Assembly: GCA_905235135.1 (NCBI GenBank)
Contig: CAJOKR010000004.1
Location: forward strand, 25,027 to 89,026
Direction of reading: 5' to 3'
DNA: 64,000 nt
From: an uncultured Bacteroidales bacterium
Lineage (GTDB): Bacteria > Bacteroidota > Bacteroidia > Bacteroidales > WCHB1-69
The notes beneath the pieces were generated by a model. It was not told where the DNA came from and did not search any database. It saw only the letters and a program-made list of their open reading frames with translations. Within the stretch, counting starts at the first letter, position 1, and the number at the start of each line of letters is the position of its first letter. The translations under genes and the position numbers were made by a program. This document shows positions 1 to 8,696 of the stretch, in pieces.

Positions 1-1
1 G

Positions 2-434
2 CAGCGGCTGAAAGCGATAGATCCCGATTTGTCGCTGCTGATTTACGATGCCGCCCGACCGCTGTGCGTGCAGCCGTGAGATGTGGGAGTCGGTGAAAGG
101 GACGCCCAACATCTCCTTTGTGGCCAATCCGGCCAAAGGTCGCGGGATGCACAACTACGGTGCGGCAGTCGATATCACCATCATGGACAACAAGGGAACA
201 CCTCTGCCGATGGGCTCGAAACACGACTATTTCGGTCCCGAGGCGCGCATCGACCATGAAGATGAGCTGGTCGCCAACGGACTGATTACCACCCAAGAAC
301 TCGAAAACCGCAAGCTGCTACGCCGCGTAATGACCGAAAGCGGCTTTATTACCTGCATCTCCGAATGGTGGCACTTCAACCACATCCCTTCGATTCGGGC
401 AAAAAAGGAGTTGAGGATTATTGATTTTGAGTAG
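2..434 (+). CDS. D-alanyl-D-alanine dipeptidase (peptidase M15, VanX/DdpX-like). It is 5'-partial at the window edge and has an apparent 1-nt frameshift near 74-77
   Basis: Frame 2 from nt 2 reads QRLKAIDPDLSLLIYDAARPLCVQP*. Frame 0 continues REMWESVKG...MHNYGAAVDITI...SEWWHFNH, which are typical VanX-family motifs. Removing one C from cagCcgtgag joins them as ...CVQREMWE... Confidence 0.75.
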
Positions 435-487
435 GGACGGGATTTTTTCGTATTTTTGCGGTCTGAAAAAATGAAAGAAAAGAAACT

Positions 488-766
488 ATGTGTACATACA
501 CCATAACAGTAGATGACAAAGCCTTGAAACGGCTGCGCCCGACATTCACTCAGGAATCGTTCGGGGTGTGGCTGCAACAGCATGTGGACAATCTGGTAGA
601 GGACATCACCTCTGATGCGCCACACAGCGAATCCCCCATCGCCCACACGGCGGAGGAGATGAAGGCCATCGTGGTGGAGAGGTTGCGGCGAATGGAGTCC
701 GGCGAAGCCACTTATATTGACGGGAGCGCAGGTTTTGAACAAATACGTGCAAAGTATGGCCTATAG
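488..766 (+). CDS. small antitoxin-like protein upstream of the ParE/RelE toxin
   Basis: A 92-aa ORF whose stop (764-766) overlaps the toxin ATG (756) by 11 nt. A TATTTTTG box lies at 451-458. The role is inferred from position only. Confidence 0.5.
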   Translation: MCTYTITVDDKALKRLRPTFTQESFGVWLQQHVDNLVEDITSDAPHSESPIAHTAEEMKAIVVERLRRMESGEATYIDGSAGFEQIRAKYGL

Positions 767-1112
767 ATACAGATGGCTCGACCAAGCCCTTGGTGATTTG
801 GGCGAGGAAATTGATTATGTTCTTAATATGTTTGGAGAAAATGCTGCCCGGAAAGCTGAATCTAAAATCCGAACTCGTGTTGAACAGTTATGCATTTTTC
901 CAAACATAGGAGTCCTCTATGAAAATCTTCTGTACAATGGCAATGAGGTGCGCATACTGCATCTCGGCCAAGTGTCTGTCATATACAGTTTTCATAATGA
1001 ACTAATCACACTGATCGCCGTTTGGAACAACCGCCGAGACGAAACTAAACTTGCTGATGTCATAGAATTAGTACAAGAATTGAAATACAATAAATGGGAG
1101 AGTAATCACTAA
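756..1112 (+). CDS. type II toxin-antitoxin system RelE/ParE family toxin
   Basis: The ~118-aa product reads ...AESKIRTRVEQLCIFPNIGVLYE...VRILHLGQVSVIYSFHNELITLIAVWNNRRD, a typical ParE/RelE core. The start is taken at internal M14 of the tracked ORF. Confidence 0.7.
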   Translation: MAYRYRWLDQALGDLGEEIDYVLNMFGENAARKAESKIRTRVEQLCIFPNIGVLYENLLYNGNEVRILHLGQVSVIYSFHNELITLIAVWNNRRDETKLADVIELVQELKYNKWESNH

Positions 1113-1301
1113 AACAAACGAATAAAAGAAAGAAGAAAAGTAAACTAACATAGTATAAATCATAGCGTTTGCTGTTTGTTCGGTAACATCTTGAAACCTG
1201 AGAAATTTCAAAGTAAGTATTGATACGAACAAGTTGTAAATGTCTGCGCATTGCGTGGGCAGACTTGTCTTTCAATACGGGTTTTCTCAGGACCTCAAGA
1301 T

Positions 1302-1327
1302 GTGGACAAAGTAAGTCCACGTTTTTT
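1302..1327 (+). terminator. possible rho-independent terminator
   Basis: Hairpin GTGGAC-aaagtaa-GTCCAC followed by gTTTTTT. It lies 190 nt after the toxin stop. Confidence 0.3.
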
Positions 1328-1381
1328 ATATCCTGTGGGGAATTCGTAAGCCGACAAGCAACCGCCGCAAAAGCAGACATC

Positions 1382-1606
1382 ATGGCAGAGGTCATCCACA
1401 TCGGGCACATTATTCAGAAAGAGTTGCGGTCGCAAGGTCGCAGCGTGACCTGGTTTGCCCGGCAGCTGAATATCGACCGCCGGGTCTGCTACCGCATATT
1501 CCACAGTTACAGCATCGACACGCTAGTACTGTTCCGCATATCAAGGATATTAGGAAAGGATTTTTTCGCGGATTATTCCGTTTGTCTCAACACAGACGAC
1601 ATGTGA
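1382..1606 (+). CDS. small helix-turn-helix (XRE-like) DNA-binding protein
   Basis: MAEVIHIGHIIQKELRSQGRSVTWFARQLNIDRRVCYRIFHSYSIDTLVLFRISRILG has an HTH pattern. The start is taken at the internal ATG 1382. Confidence 0.5.
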   Translation: MAEVIHIGHIIQKELRSQGRSVTWFARQLNIDRRVCYRIFHSYSIDTLVLFRISRILGKDFFADYSVCLNTDDM

Positions 1607-1713
1607 CAATTATGTCTCGTTTTAGAGATATTATTGACACATTATATATAGATGCGGGAATAGCAGATATGGTATTTTTGCAGAACATATTATTTTTCTT
1701 AAATCCAAAAATT

Positions 1714-2517
1714 ATGAAACATTTGATACCCTTTTTGCTTGTACTATTTATCAGCAATGCACTTTTTGCCCAAGACATCATCGTGACCAAAAATTCTGAA
1801 AAAATTGAAGCAAAGATCACTGATGTAGAACAAGATTGCATTAAATACAAAAAGTTCAGTTATCAAGAAGGTCCTACTTACACTATCCAAAAGTCGGAGA
1901 TAGCTTCTATTATCTATCAAAACGGGGATGTGGAGACTTTCGCTGATTATAATCAACAAAGCAAATCTGACATTAATGAAAAGCTCATGACAGGCCAATA
2001 TATTGATGGATACTGCACCCATATAACCTTTCAATCAAGGGATTTATTAGGAGGTGGCTACAAACATTCAGGTTATGTTATTGGTGATATCATTGATGGA
2101 CTGAGTGATATGGAAATTGAAAACAAAATCAGAAATGGAGAATTAGTATTTTTTGCAGACAGAGATTTCAGAGATTACTTGGAAAAGTATGATCAAGAAA
2201 CATTTCGTAAAATGAAACAAGGTATCGCCTGTGCCACCACTGGATATGTTTTTACATTCGTCGGTATAGGTGGTGGCGTTAGTATGCTTTGCAGTATGGC
2301 TATAAACGGAGCGACTGCAGTTAATTTGGGGCTCGGTATCACATCTCTTCTAATCGGTGTAGTCGGAATCCCTTTATGGGTAGGTGGTAATAATATCTGT
2401 TACAAAAGGGTTCCTGAGATATATAACAACCACTATGTTCAGAAACAAAGCTCTTATTCTATGAGTTTGGATTTTGGTGCAGTAAACGGTGGAGTGGGTT
2501 TGAGTTTTCTTTTTTAA
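1714..2517 (+). CDS. hypothetical membrane protein with a signal peptide, a shared ~55-aa N-terminal domain and C-terminal TM helices
   Basis: Signal peptide MKHLIPFLLVLFISNALFAQ. The N-terminal domain DIIVTKNSEKIEAKITDVEQDCIKYKKF..GPTYTIQKSEIASIIYQNGD is paralogous to the next gene. The gene is low-GC. Confidence 0.6.
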   Translation: MKHLIPFLLVLFISNALFAQDIIVTKNSEKIEAKITDVEQDCIKYKKFSYQEGPTYTIQKSEIASIIYQNGDVETFADYNQQSKSDINEKLMTGQYIDGYCTHITFQSRDLLGGGYKHSGYVIGDIIDGLSDMEIENKIRNGELVFFADRDFRDYLEKYDQETFRKMKQGIACATTGYVFTFVGIGGGVSMLCSMAINGATAVNLGLGITSLLIGVVGIPLWVGGNNICYKRVPEIYNNHYVQKQSSYSMSLDFGAVNGGVGLSFLF

Positions 2518-2535
2518 TCATAAATAACTTTCGCT

Positions 2536-3741
2536 ATGAAAAAAATCACTTTATTGTTCTTCGCAATGATATCATTGTCTTTTGCTGAAGCTCAGGACTA
2601 TATTATCACAAAAAAATCAGACACTGTAAAGGTCAAAGTTATTGAAATAGGTACAACTGAAATCAAATACAAGAAATGGAATTATCTTGATGGTCCAAAT
2701 TACTCAATTCCTAAAGAATCCATCAATAAAATCATTTATCAGAATGGAGATCAAGAAGTATATGAAACAAAAAATGCAGCTCCTAAAACCACATTGGTTG
2801 AGCAAAGCTATCAACAGCCTGCCACAAGCAACAGTGCAATGATTTCTCAATTATCAAAAACTAATTCCACGCGCCCTACGAACAAATGTGATACATGTTT
2901 CAAGTATGAGAAGTTTAATTTTTCGATGTTCTTTGGACCAGCTTTTTCAGTGGGTAAATTCGGTCAGGTTGATGATTATCTCTCAGCAATCTACCGCTAT
3001 GGAACAGAATCGTATGTTACTGTCAACGGTGAAGAAATTGGTTCTGTTCCAATAGAGGCAGCAGCAGCAAAAGTGGGAGCGCTAATAGGTGTTAATCTGC
3101 ATTTCCCCATATTCAGAAAAAAACATCACACCATAGGTTTTGATCTGAAAAGCGACCTGCATTTTGCAACAATATGTCAAAAGGAAAAGGAAAATTTTGA
3201 GAAAAACGAAATTGAACCTTTCCAAGATTTCAGCGATTACTATTATAATGTTCCTTATGGAGTTAATGCATACCTATGGATGCCGGGGCGTTATTCCTCT
3301 TACTGGAATTTCGCATTGAAGTTAGGCTTTGATTACTCATACTATTTCAACAAGAATATCGCATTAATGCTAAATGGGAACATTGGTTTGCAATTGAATA
3401 TGGTTTCAAGAACTCAGATACTAAACATGATGGGAGGCACTTATGTAACCACTGAATATCTTGAGGAATACGGCCAATATTCAAGGATGTACTCTTCGGA
3501 TGGCATGTACTACAAGTACAAACCGTCTTGTTCATTCGTTTACGAATTGGGCGCAGGTGTTTTGTTAGGAGATCTCGTTAGCCTTAGCGTTTTATATTCA
3601 GCAGGTACTCCTCATAAGCACAACATGGAAATAGTTGAATATTCTTCCAAACAATTAATGGGAGGTTTTAATCCAATTTCGGTTATTTCCCGAAAACTCA
3701 GAGTACAATATGTTGCCTTACAAGTTGGTTTTCACTTCTAA
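2536..3741 (+). CDS. hypothetical secreted or outer-membrane protein with the shared N-terminal domain and a beta-barrel-like C-terminus
   Basis: Signal peptide MKKITLLFFAMISLSFAEAQ, then DYIITKKSDTVKVKVIEIGTTEIKYKKW..GPNYSIPKESINKIIYQNGD. The C-terminus is aromatic-rich with alternating residues and ends ...QVGFHF. Confidence 0.6.
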   Translation: MKKITLLFFAMISLSFAEAQDYIITKKSDTVKVKVIEIGTTEIKYKKWNYLDGPNYSIPKESINKIIYQNGDQEVYETKNAAPKTTLVEQSYQQPATSNSAMISQLSKTNSTRPTNKCDTCFKYEKFNFSMFFGPAFSVGKFGQVDDYLSAIYRYGTESYVTVNGEEIGSVPIEAAAAKVGALIGVNLHFPIFRKKHHTIGFDLKSDLHFATICQKEKENFEKNEIEPFQDFSDYYYNVPYGVNAYLWMPGRYSSYWNFALKLGFDYSYYFNKNIALMLNGNIGLQLNMVSRTQILNMMGGTYVTTEYLEEYGQYSRMYSSDGMYYKYKPSCSFVYELGAGVLLGDLVSLSVLYSAGTPHKHNMEIVEYSSKQLMGGFNPISVISRKLRVQYVALQVGFHF

Positions 3742-3752
3742 AAATAAATATA

Positions 3753-3998
3753 ATGAATAAATTATTCATTTTTTTGATTTTTTTGACTATGACATCTTTA
3801 ATGTCTTGTTCTAAAACTTGTGATTGTAAAATCACAACACGAACGAATAGTTATAATGTTAATTATTCATTAAACAACTATAGCGACTATGGTGTAACAA
3901 CTTGTGATGGTCTTTCAATTTATTTGGAAGGAAAAATGTGGGAAAATGCACATCAACAAGTAGAGGTCATCTGTGTTGACTCCGATAGACTGTTTTAA
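3753..3998 (+). CDS. small Cys-rich lipoprotein (hypothetical)
   Basis: Lipobox-like LMSCSKTCDC follows a hydrophobic leader. The product is 81 aa. Confidence 0.45.
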   Translation: MNKLFIFLIFLTMTSLMSCSKTCDCKITTRTNSYNVNYSLNNYSDYGVTTCDGLSIYLEGKMWENAHQQVEVICVDSDRLF

Positions 3999-4019
3999 AG
4001 AATCGGAAATCTCACACAA

Positions 4020-4970
4020 ATGAAAAGAGCACTATCCTTTGCTTTGTTTCTGTTATGTTTATTCGGCCAACTATCTGCTCAAACCGTCGTCTTTTGGACT
4101 GACAATGTTGATGCTTTACCTATAAAAGTTTACATGAACGGCAGCTACATCGGCTCTATCACCAAAGCATACGGACGTGATCCCGGCTGCTATACGTCCG
4201 GATGTGTCACGAAACGACCTCCTTACAAAAGTAACACATGGAGAGCCGTGAGTGAATCCTTGGGAACGGAAACTACAGGTCGTTATTCTCTTGTCGATGG
4301 TTGTAATTCTTTTCAGCTTTTTTCGGGTGGGCGCAAGCTCAACTACAATCCATATCAAAGTTCAACCCCAACACAACCCACAAATCCTCCTCCCACACCT
4401 CCCTCTTCCGGGGCTGGTCTGGCTGGATTAGTCCTAATAGTGTCAGAAGTGATTCTGAACAGCGATCTATACGTTAGCGGAATAGCTTCAGATTACTACA
4501 GCGGGCTTGAATTCGGCTTCCGAAATAATTGGAACAGTCACATCAGTTTTGAGCAGACTGTCGCTTGGCGATACACTTTGGACAAGCCCCTGTTGTCCCC
4601 TTTTCACACCGACACATACGGACCGAATCAATTTTTAGGAGAAATGGGGTTATCCTACAGAAAGAGGAGCAATTGGGGTTGTAATTTCCGCTTCCTCTAT
4701 AATTTTTTGGATAGAGATGCTGTTTTCTCTCGTTACAAACCGTTCATGATTAATCCATACATCGGATTTGGTTGTGATTATATGCAATATGACGGTTTTT
4801 TCACAAGTGCAGTTGCTGGATTTACATTCGGTAGCAGACGTGTGAAAATGGATTGCCGCTACACTTTCGGATACGACTTACGGTATCAGCGAATTCCAGT
4901 AAACCAACTCCAACTTGGTCTCATTGTGGCTTACCAATACAATAAATTTGGATTTTTCAAAAGACATTAG
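4020..4970 (+). CDS. hypothetical secreted protein with a Pro-rich linker and a beta-barrel-like C-terminus
   Basis: Signal peptide MKRALSFALFLLCLFGQLSAQ, linker TPTQPTNPPPTPPSSG, and an aromatic-rich C-terminal half. Confidence 0.55.
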   Translation: MKRALSFALFLLCLFGQLSAQTVVFWTDNVDALPIKVYMNGSYIGSITKAYGRDPGCYTSGCVTKRPPYKSNTWRAVSESLGTETTGRYSLVDGCNSFQLFSGGRKLNYNPYQSSTPTQPTNPPPTPPSSGAGLAGLVLIVSEVILNSDLYVSGIASDYYSGLEFGFRNNWNSHISFEQTVAWRYTLDKPLLSPFHTDTYGPNQFLGEMGLSYRKRSNWGCNFRFLYNFLDRDAVFSRYKPFMINPYIGFGCDYMQYDGFFTSAVAGFTFGSRRVKMDCRYTFGYDLRYQRIPVNQLQLGLIVAYQYNKFGFFKRH

Positions 4971-5633
4971 ATGAAAAAACGGACATTTATTATACTAATT
5001 GCTTTCGCTACTAGTTATTTCAGCAATTGTCTTGCACAAAACAATCATTTTGGCATTCCTTTTGGGAGAACTGACAATAAGTTCTTGTGGGGTGTATCAG
5101 GTGGTGTGACTATGCCTAACATATCCCCAAGCACAAGTTTCCAATACATATCACTCCGTCCAGGTTTTGATTTCGGATTAGACTTCAGGCACAAACTTGG
5201 TAATATGTATGATGGTACATACTTTGTATTTCTGCACTATGGGTTCAATATGGGAAGTTTCTACTATAAAGTCACAGATAACACTTCCATTATCCCCACT
5301 GAATGTACTCTTGATCACTTATTTTATGAAAACAATCCAAGATTTCTACATTTAGACATACCTATCGGAATCGAATTTCCATTAGGATATATTTGCCACA
5401 ATCGTCTTTCGTTCAACTTTCGCACTACTATAACATCCAGGTTTTACTTTTTCCCACCCAATCAGACATACAATCTTGCCACCACTAACGGATTAGCCAT
5501 TCGTTTTGACAAAATCCAGCTAGAGGCAGCTTATTCGTTTTTCCTTTTATCTCAATTCTCAAAAAAAATCTATATGGAGATGCCCATTTGGAAAACGCGG
5601 GAACTTTACGTAGGACTTAGATTCTACTTTTAG
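4971..5633 (+). CDS. hypothetical outer-membrane beta-barrel protein
   Basis: Signal peptide MKKRTFIILIAFATSYFSNCLAQ and a C-terminal ...YVGLRFYF (terminal Phe). The start directly abuts the upstream stop. Confidence 0.55.
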   Translation: MKKRTFIILIAFATSYFSNCLAQNNHFGIPFGRTDNKFLWGVSGGVTMPNISPSTSFQYISLRPGFDFGLDFRHKLGNMYDGTYFVFLHYGFNMGSFYYKVTDNTSIIPTECTLDHLFYENNPRFLHLDIPIGIEFPLGYICHNRLSFNFRTTITSRFYFFPPNQTYNLATTNGLAIRFDKIQLEAAYSFFLLSQFSKKIYMEMPIWKTRELYVGLRFYF

Positions 5634-5694
5634 CTGGACTGTTTCCTCAACGCGGACACCTTCCACGTAATCCCACAGGCCACTGCCAAACCAT

Positions 5695-5725
5695 AAAAAA
5701 ACACCCGCGAAACCAATCGCAGGTG
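5695..5725 (-). terminator. rho-independent terminator downstream of tRNA-Ala
   Basis: On the minus strand the sequence reads CACCTGCG-attggttt-CGCGGGTG (one U.G pair) followed by T7. Confidence 0.5.
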
Positions 5726-5734
5726 CCTTTCCTG

Positions 5735-5808
5735 TGGAGCGTATGAGAATCGAACTCACGACCTCTTGACTGCCAGTCAAACGCTCTAGCCAACTGAGCT
5801 AACGCCCC
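5735..5808 (-). tRNA. tRNA-Ala (anticodon GGC)
   Basis: The reverse complement GGGGCGTTAGCTCAGTTGGCTAGAGCGTTTGACTGGCAGTCAAGAGGTCGTGAGTTCGATTCTCATACGCTCCA folds as a cloverleaf. It has a G3:U70 identity pair, the anticodon loop CT-GGC-AG, and a GTTCGATTC T-loop. CCA is not encoded. Confidence 0.9.
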
Positions 5809-5829
5809 ATCATTGCTTAAAAGCGGTGG

Positions 5830-5837
5830 CAAAAATA
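5830..5837 (-). promoter_or_regulatory. Bacteroidota -7 box (TAnnTTTG) upstream of tRNA-Ala
   Basis: The minus strand reads TATTTTTG about 22 nt upstream of the tRNA 5' end. Confidence 0.35.
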
Positions 5838-5893
5838 CACTTTTTTTCGATATACGACACGTCTTTTTTAACTTTTTGGCCGTTGGCTATTGG

Positions 5894-6616
5894 CTAAAAG
5901 ATTGTCAAATAAGGTTTTACAAGTTCTATATAATCCTGCTTGTATTGTAGGGATGTGTCACGGATGGAGATATGCAGCTCCGTTTTGGGAAGATTTGCGC
6001 GTCCGTACTCGCAAACCTCGCGGAAAATCGGTTTCGATTCCGTCGGACGGATGTGCACTGTTTTCCGACAATGCCACCGGCCAACCGTAAGCTGATGGAA
6101 CTCCGCCATTTCCGTCGGCGGAAGAATCAGCGCGAAACGACCCTCGGGCGACAATAGCCTGTCAACCCCGTCCACCAGCTCCTGAAACGACAGCTGACCA
6201 TCGCCATGCTTGCTCTGCAACTTACATCTATCCTGCGGTTTAAGGTCGCCATGGAAGTAGGGCGGATTGCTGATAACCAGATTGAACGGTCCACTCCCCG
6301 GCTGGCTTGCAAAGTCTTGCAAACTAATCTGCTCGAAATAAAAACTGCTGTTCGGAAGTAACGGAAACCGTTCAACATTCTCCCGTGCCTCCGCGATAGA
6401 TTCGGCATCCACGTCAATGCCAACAATATTCGGAATAGTTTGATTCTCTGCAAGTTTCTGCGCCAAACAGAAGGCAATCACCCCGCAGCCACAGCCGATA
6501 TCCAAGACGGATTGTGCGTTTTCCACCGGCGTGAGCGCGGCCAACAACACCGCGTCAGTGCCGATTTTCAACGTACTGCGCTCGTGGGCTAAGTCAAACT
6601 GCTTGAAATGGAACAT
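5894..6616 (-). CDS. yfiC: tRNA1(Val) (adenine37-N6)-methyltransferase (YfiC/TrmN6 family)
   Basis: MFHFKQFDLAHERSTLKIGTDAVLLAAL...LDIGCGCGVIAF...ISNPPYFH, including the SAM-binding motif and NPPY. The start is taken at internal M25 (CAT at 6614-6616). Confidence 0.8.
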   Translation of the reverse strand: MFHFKQFDLAHERSTLKIGTDAVLLAALTPVENAQSVLDIGCGCGVIAFCLAQKLAENQTIPNIVGIDVDAESIAEARENVERFPLLPNSSFYFEQISLQDFASQPGSGPFNLVISNPPYFHGDLKPQDRCKLQSKHGDGQLSFQELVDGVDRLLSPEGRFALILPPTEMAEFHQLTVGRWHCRKTVHIRPTESKPIFREVCEYGRANLPKTELHISIRDTSLQYKQDYIELVKPYLTIF

Positions 6617-6678
6617 TGGCTTTTGGCTTTTAGTGTTGGCTATTGGCCATTGGCTTTTAGAATAAAGCAAATAGCCAG

Positions 6679-7655
6679 TTAGGAACAATAAACTTCCAAC
6701 AGTTTCGCTCTCGGATCAGGGATGATTTGCATCTGATCGATCTCGGCAGGCACTAACACCACCTCGCCGGTCTCTAACCGTTCCTTGAAACTGTCAGAAA
6801 CGAGGAATGCGCTGCCTTCCAAGCAGATATAGATGACAAAGGAGTCCAGATTCACGAAGGATTTCTGCACCTGCATATCCATCTCCAACAAGTTGGTATT
6901 GAAGTAAGGCGAATGCACGAGCGTCACTGTCTTGTTCATCTCATGCTCGTAATGCACTTGGAAATCAGCCAGATTCGCTTCGGAATGGATAGCGTCGAAC
7001 GCCTCTTCGGTGTGCAACTCCCGACTATTTCCCTGATCATCCACGCGGTTCCAGTCGTAAATACGGAAGGTGATGTCGGAAGGCTGCTGAATCTCGGCCA
7101 ACAGCACCCCCTTGCCGATGGCATGGACCGTTCCGGCGGGAATCATAAACGTGTCGCCGGGCTTCACGGGATAGAACTTGAGGTAGTTCTCCAACGTGCC
7201 GTTTTCCACGGCATCCAAATACTGCTGCGCCGTAATCTTCTGATTAAAACCCACATACAAACCCGCTCCCTCATCTGCCTGAATCACGTGCCACATTTCG
7301 GTCTTGCCGTTCTGCCCGTAATGCTCCTGCGCAAATGCGTCGTCCGGGTGCACCTGTACGGAAAGGTTGTCCTGCGCATCGATAAACTTGATGGAAAACC
7401 TAATCCATACTTCTCGTAGTTTTTCTCGCCCACAAGGTCGGTGAGATAGATCTCCATCAGCTCGTTGAGATTATTCTCGGCCAAAAAGCCGTTGGCCACC
7501 ACGGATTCGTCATCCACGATGCCGGAAATCTCCCAGCTCTCGCCGCAGTTCTTCAACGAACCGATTTGGTGTTTCAAGATGGTCTCAATTTTGTTGCCGC
7601 CCCAGATTTTCTCCTTCAGGACGGGCGTGAATTTCAAGGGATATAATGTTGCCAT
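6679..7655 (-). pseudogene. manA: mannose-6-phosphate isomerase, class I. It is split by a frameshift at about 7392/7393
   Basis: The N-terminal part is MATLYPLKFTPVLKEKIWGG...GESWEISG...EKYGLGFP. The C-terminal part, in another frame, reads IKFIDAQDNLSVQVHPDDAFAQEH... Only 2 nt (cc) lie between the ttt and atc codons. Confidence 0.8.
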
Positions 7656-7660
7656 ATATA

Positions 7661-8617
7661 TTATTGTACAGAATAGTAGTTTCGGTTTTTGTGCTGATAG
7701 TCGGGACGCACCTTGTCGGGATTGGAGCCGCGCACGTTTTTCTGGAACACCCACTTGCCGTCTTCCTCGATAAAACCCTGATTCAGACTGGATTCCGGCA
7801 CCATGTAGGCTGGCACATTCTTCATAGCCTCGTCCATCGGAATCAGTTCCTCAAAGATGATCATGTCGCAGCGCATCCGCTTGTAGTCGTAGTCGTGGGT
7901 TTTAGGGTTGTACTTGCCCGTGCTGACGAGGTATTCCTGATTCTCGTAGTTAAGGTACATGGTAGCGTTTTTGGAGTATTCGAAGATAACCCGCGCCACC
8001 TTCTCGGTGTAGTTCTTGAAGACACGCGCCCCGAAAATCGGGGTCATCTCTTTGTTGAAATGCAGAATCTCAATGAGTTTCTGGTTGGTAAACAGGTCAT
8101 TCCCGTTCCAGCCGAGCAGCGTATAGTAGGTGGTATTCTTATCCTTCACGGGAATCAGCTTGTAATAGACCGCCCCATACCAGCGGTTGTGGTTGCCCAC
8201 CTGCGTTTTCGGGTAGTCGATGTTCTGCCGCTTGTCGTAAAGCGGATAGAGCACGTATTTCTTTCGGGAATCGTTATAGACGTGGATGAAGCCGAAATTC
8301 TCAATGTCGTAGTTGTTTTTCACCACATACCACGTGAAAATCTTGAAAACGTTGTCGGGCGAAGCCAAAACACTGAAGTTTTTGACAGAATCCCACGAAA
8401 ACTTGAATGCATCGGGCATCTGCAACACTTCTTCTAACAACGACATAAAATCCTCATTCAGAGCCAGTCGTGTGGTCTCGTCAGATTCAGCCATCACCTG
8501 GTCGCGCAGGTGGCAGAGGCTGTCCTCCCACATACGGAAATCGACCTTCTTTTGGGAGAAAGCCGTCGTCCCGCACAGCAGGACCAATACCACTATGGAC
8601 AAAATACGTCTGAACAT
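7661..8617 (-). CDS. hypothetical secreted protein
   Basis: Signal peptide MFRRILSIVVLVLLCGTTAFSQ. The ORF is 318 aa with coding-like composition. I recognise no family. Confidence 0.6.
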   Translation of the reverse strand: MFRRILSIVVLVLLCGTTAFSQKKVDFRMWEDSLCHLRDQVMAESDETTRLALNEDFMSLLEEVLQMPDAFKFSWDSVKNFSVLASPDNVFKIFTWYVVKNNYDIENFGFIHVYNDSRKKYVLYPLYDKRQNIDYPKTQVGNHNRWYGAVYYKLIPVKDKNTTYYTLLGWNGNDLFTNQKLIEILHFNKEMTPIFGARVFKNYTEKVARVIFEYSKNATMYLNYENQEYLVSTGKYNPKTHDYDYKRMRCDMIIFEELIPMDEAMKNVPAYMVPESSLNQGFIEEDGKWVFQKNVRGSNPDKVRPDYQHKNRNYYSVQ

Positions 8618-8631
8618 CTGAAAACAAACGG

Positions 8632-8639
8632 CAAAAATA
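8632..8639 (-). promoter_or_regulatory. -7 box TATTTTTG
   Basis: The minus strand reads TATTTTTG 15 nt upstream of ATG 8617. Confidence 0.4.
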
Positions 8640-8696
8640 CAAAATATATTGCACCATATCGAAAATTATGTACATTTGCCGCCCTGAGTTTGTCGT

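Noticed and set aside
1113-1381. A possible small RNA between the toxin gene and the HTH gene was considered, given the hairpin with a T-run at 1302-1327.
   Set aside because: No convincing TAnnTTTG promoter lies upstream, and conservation cannot be assessed. I keep only the terminator as a low-confidence feature.
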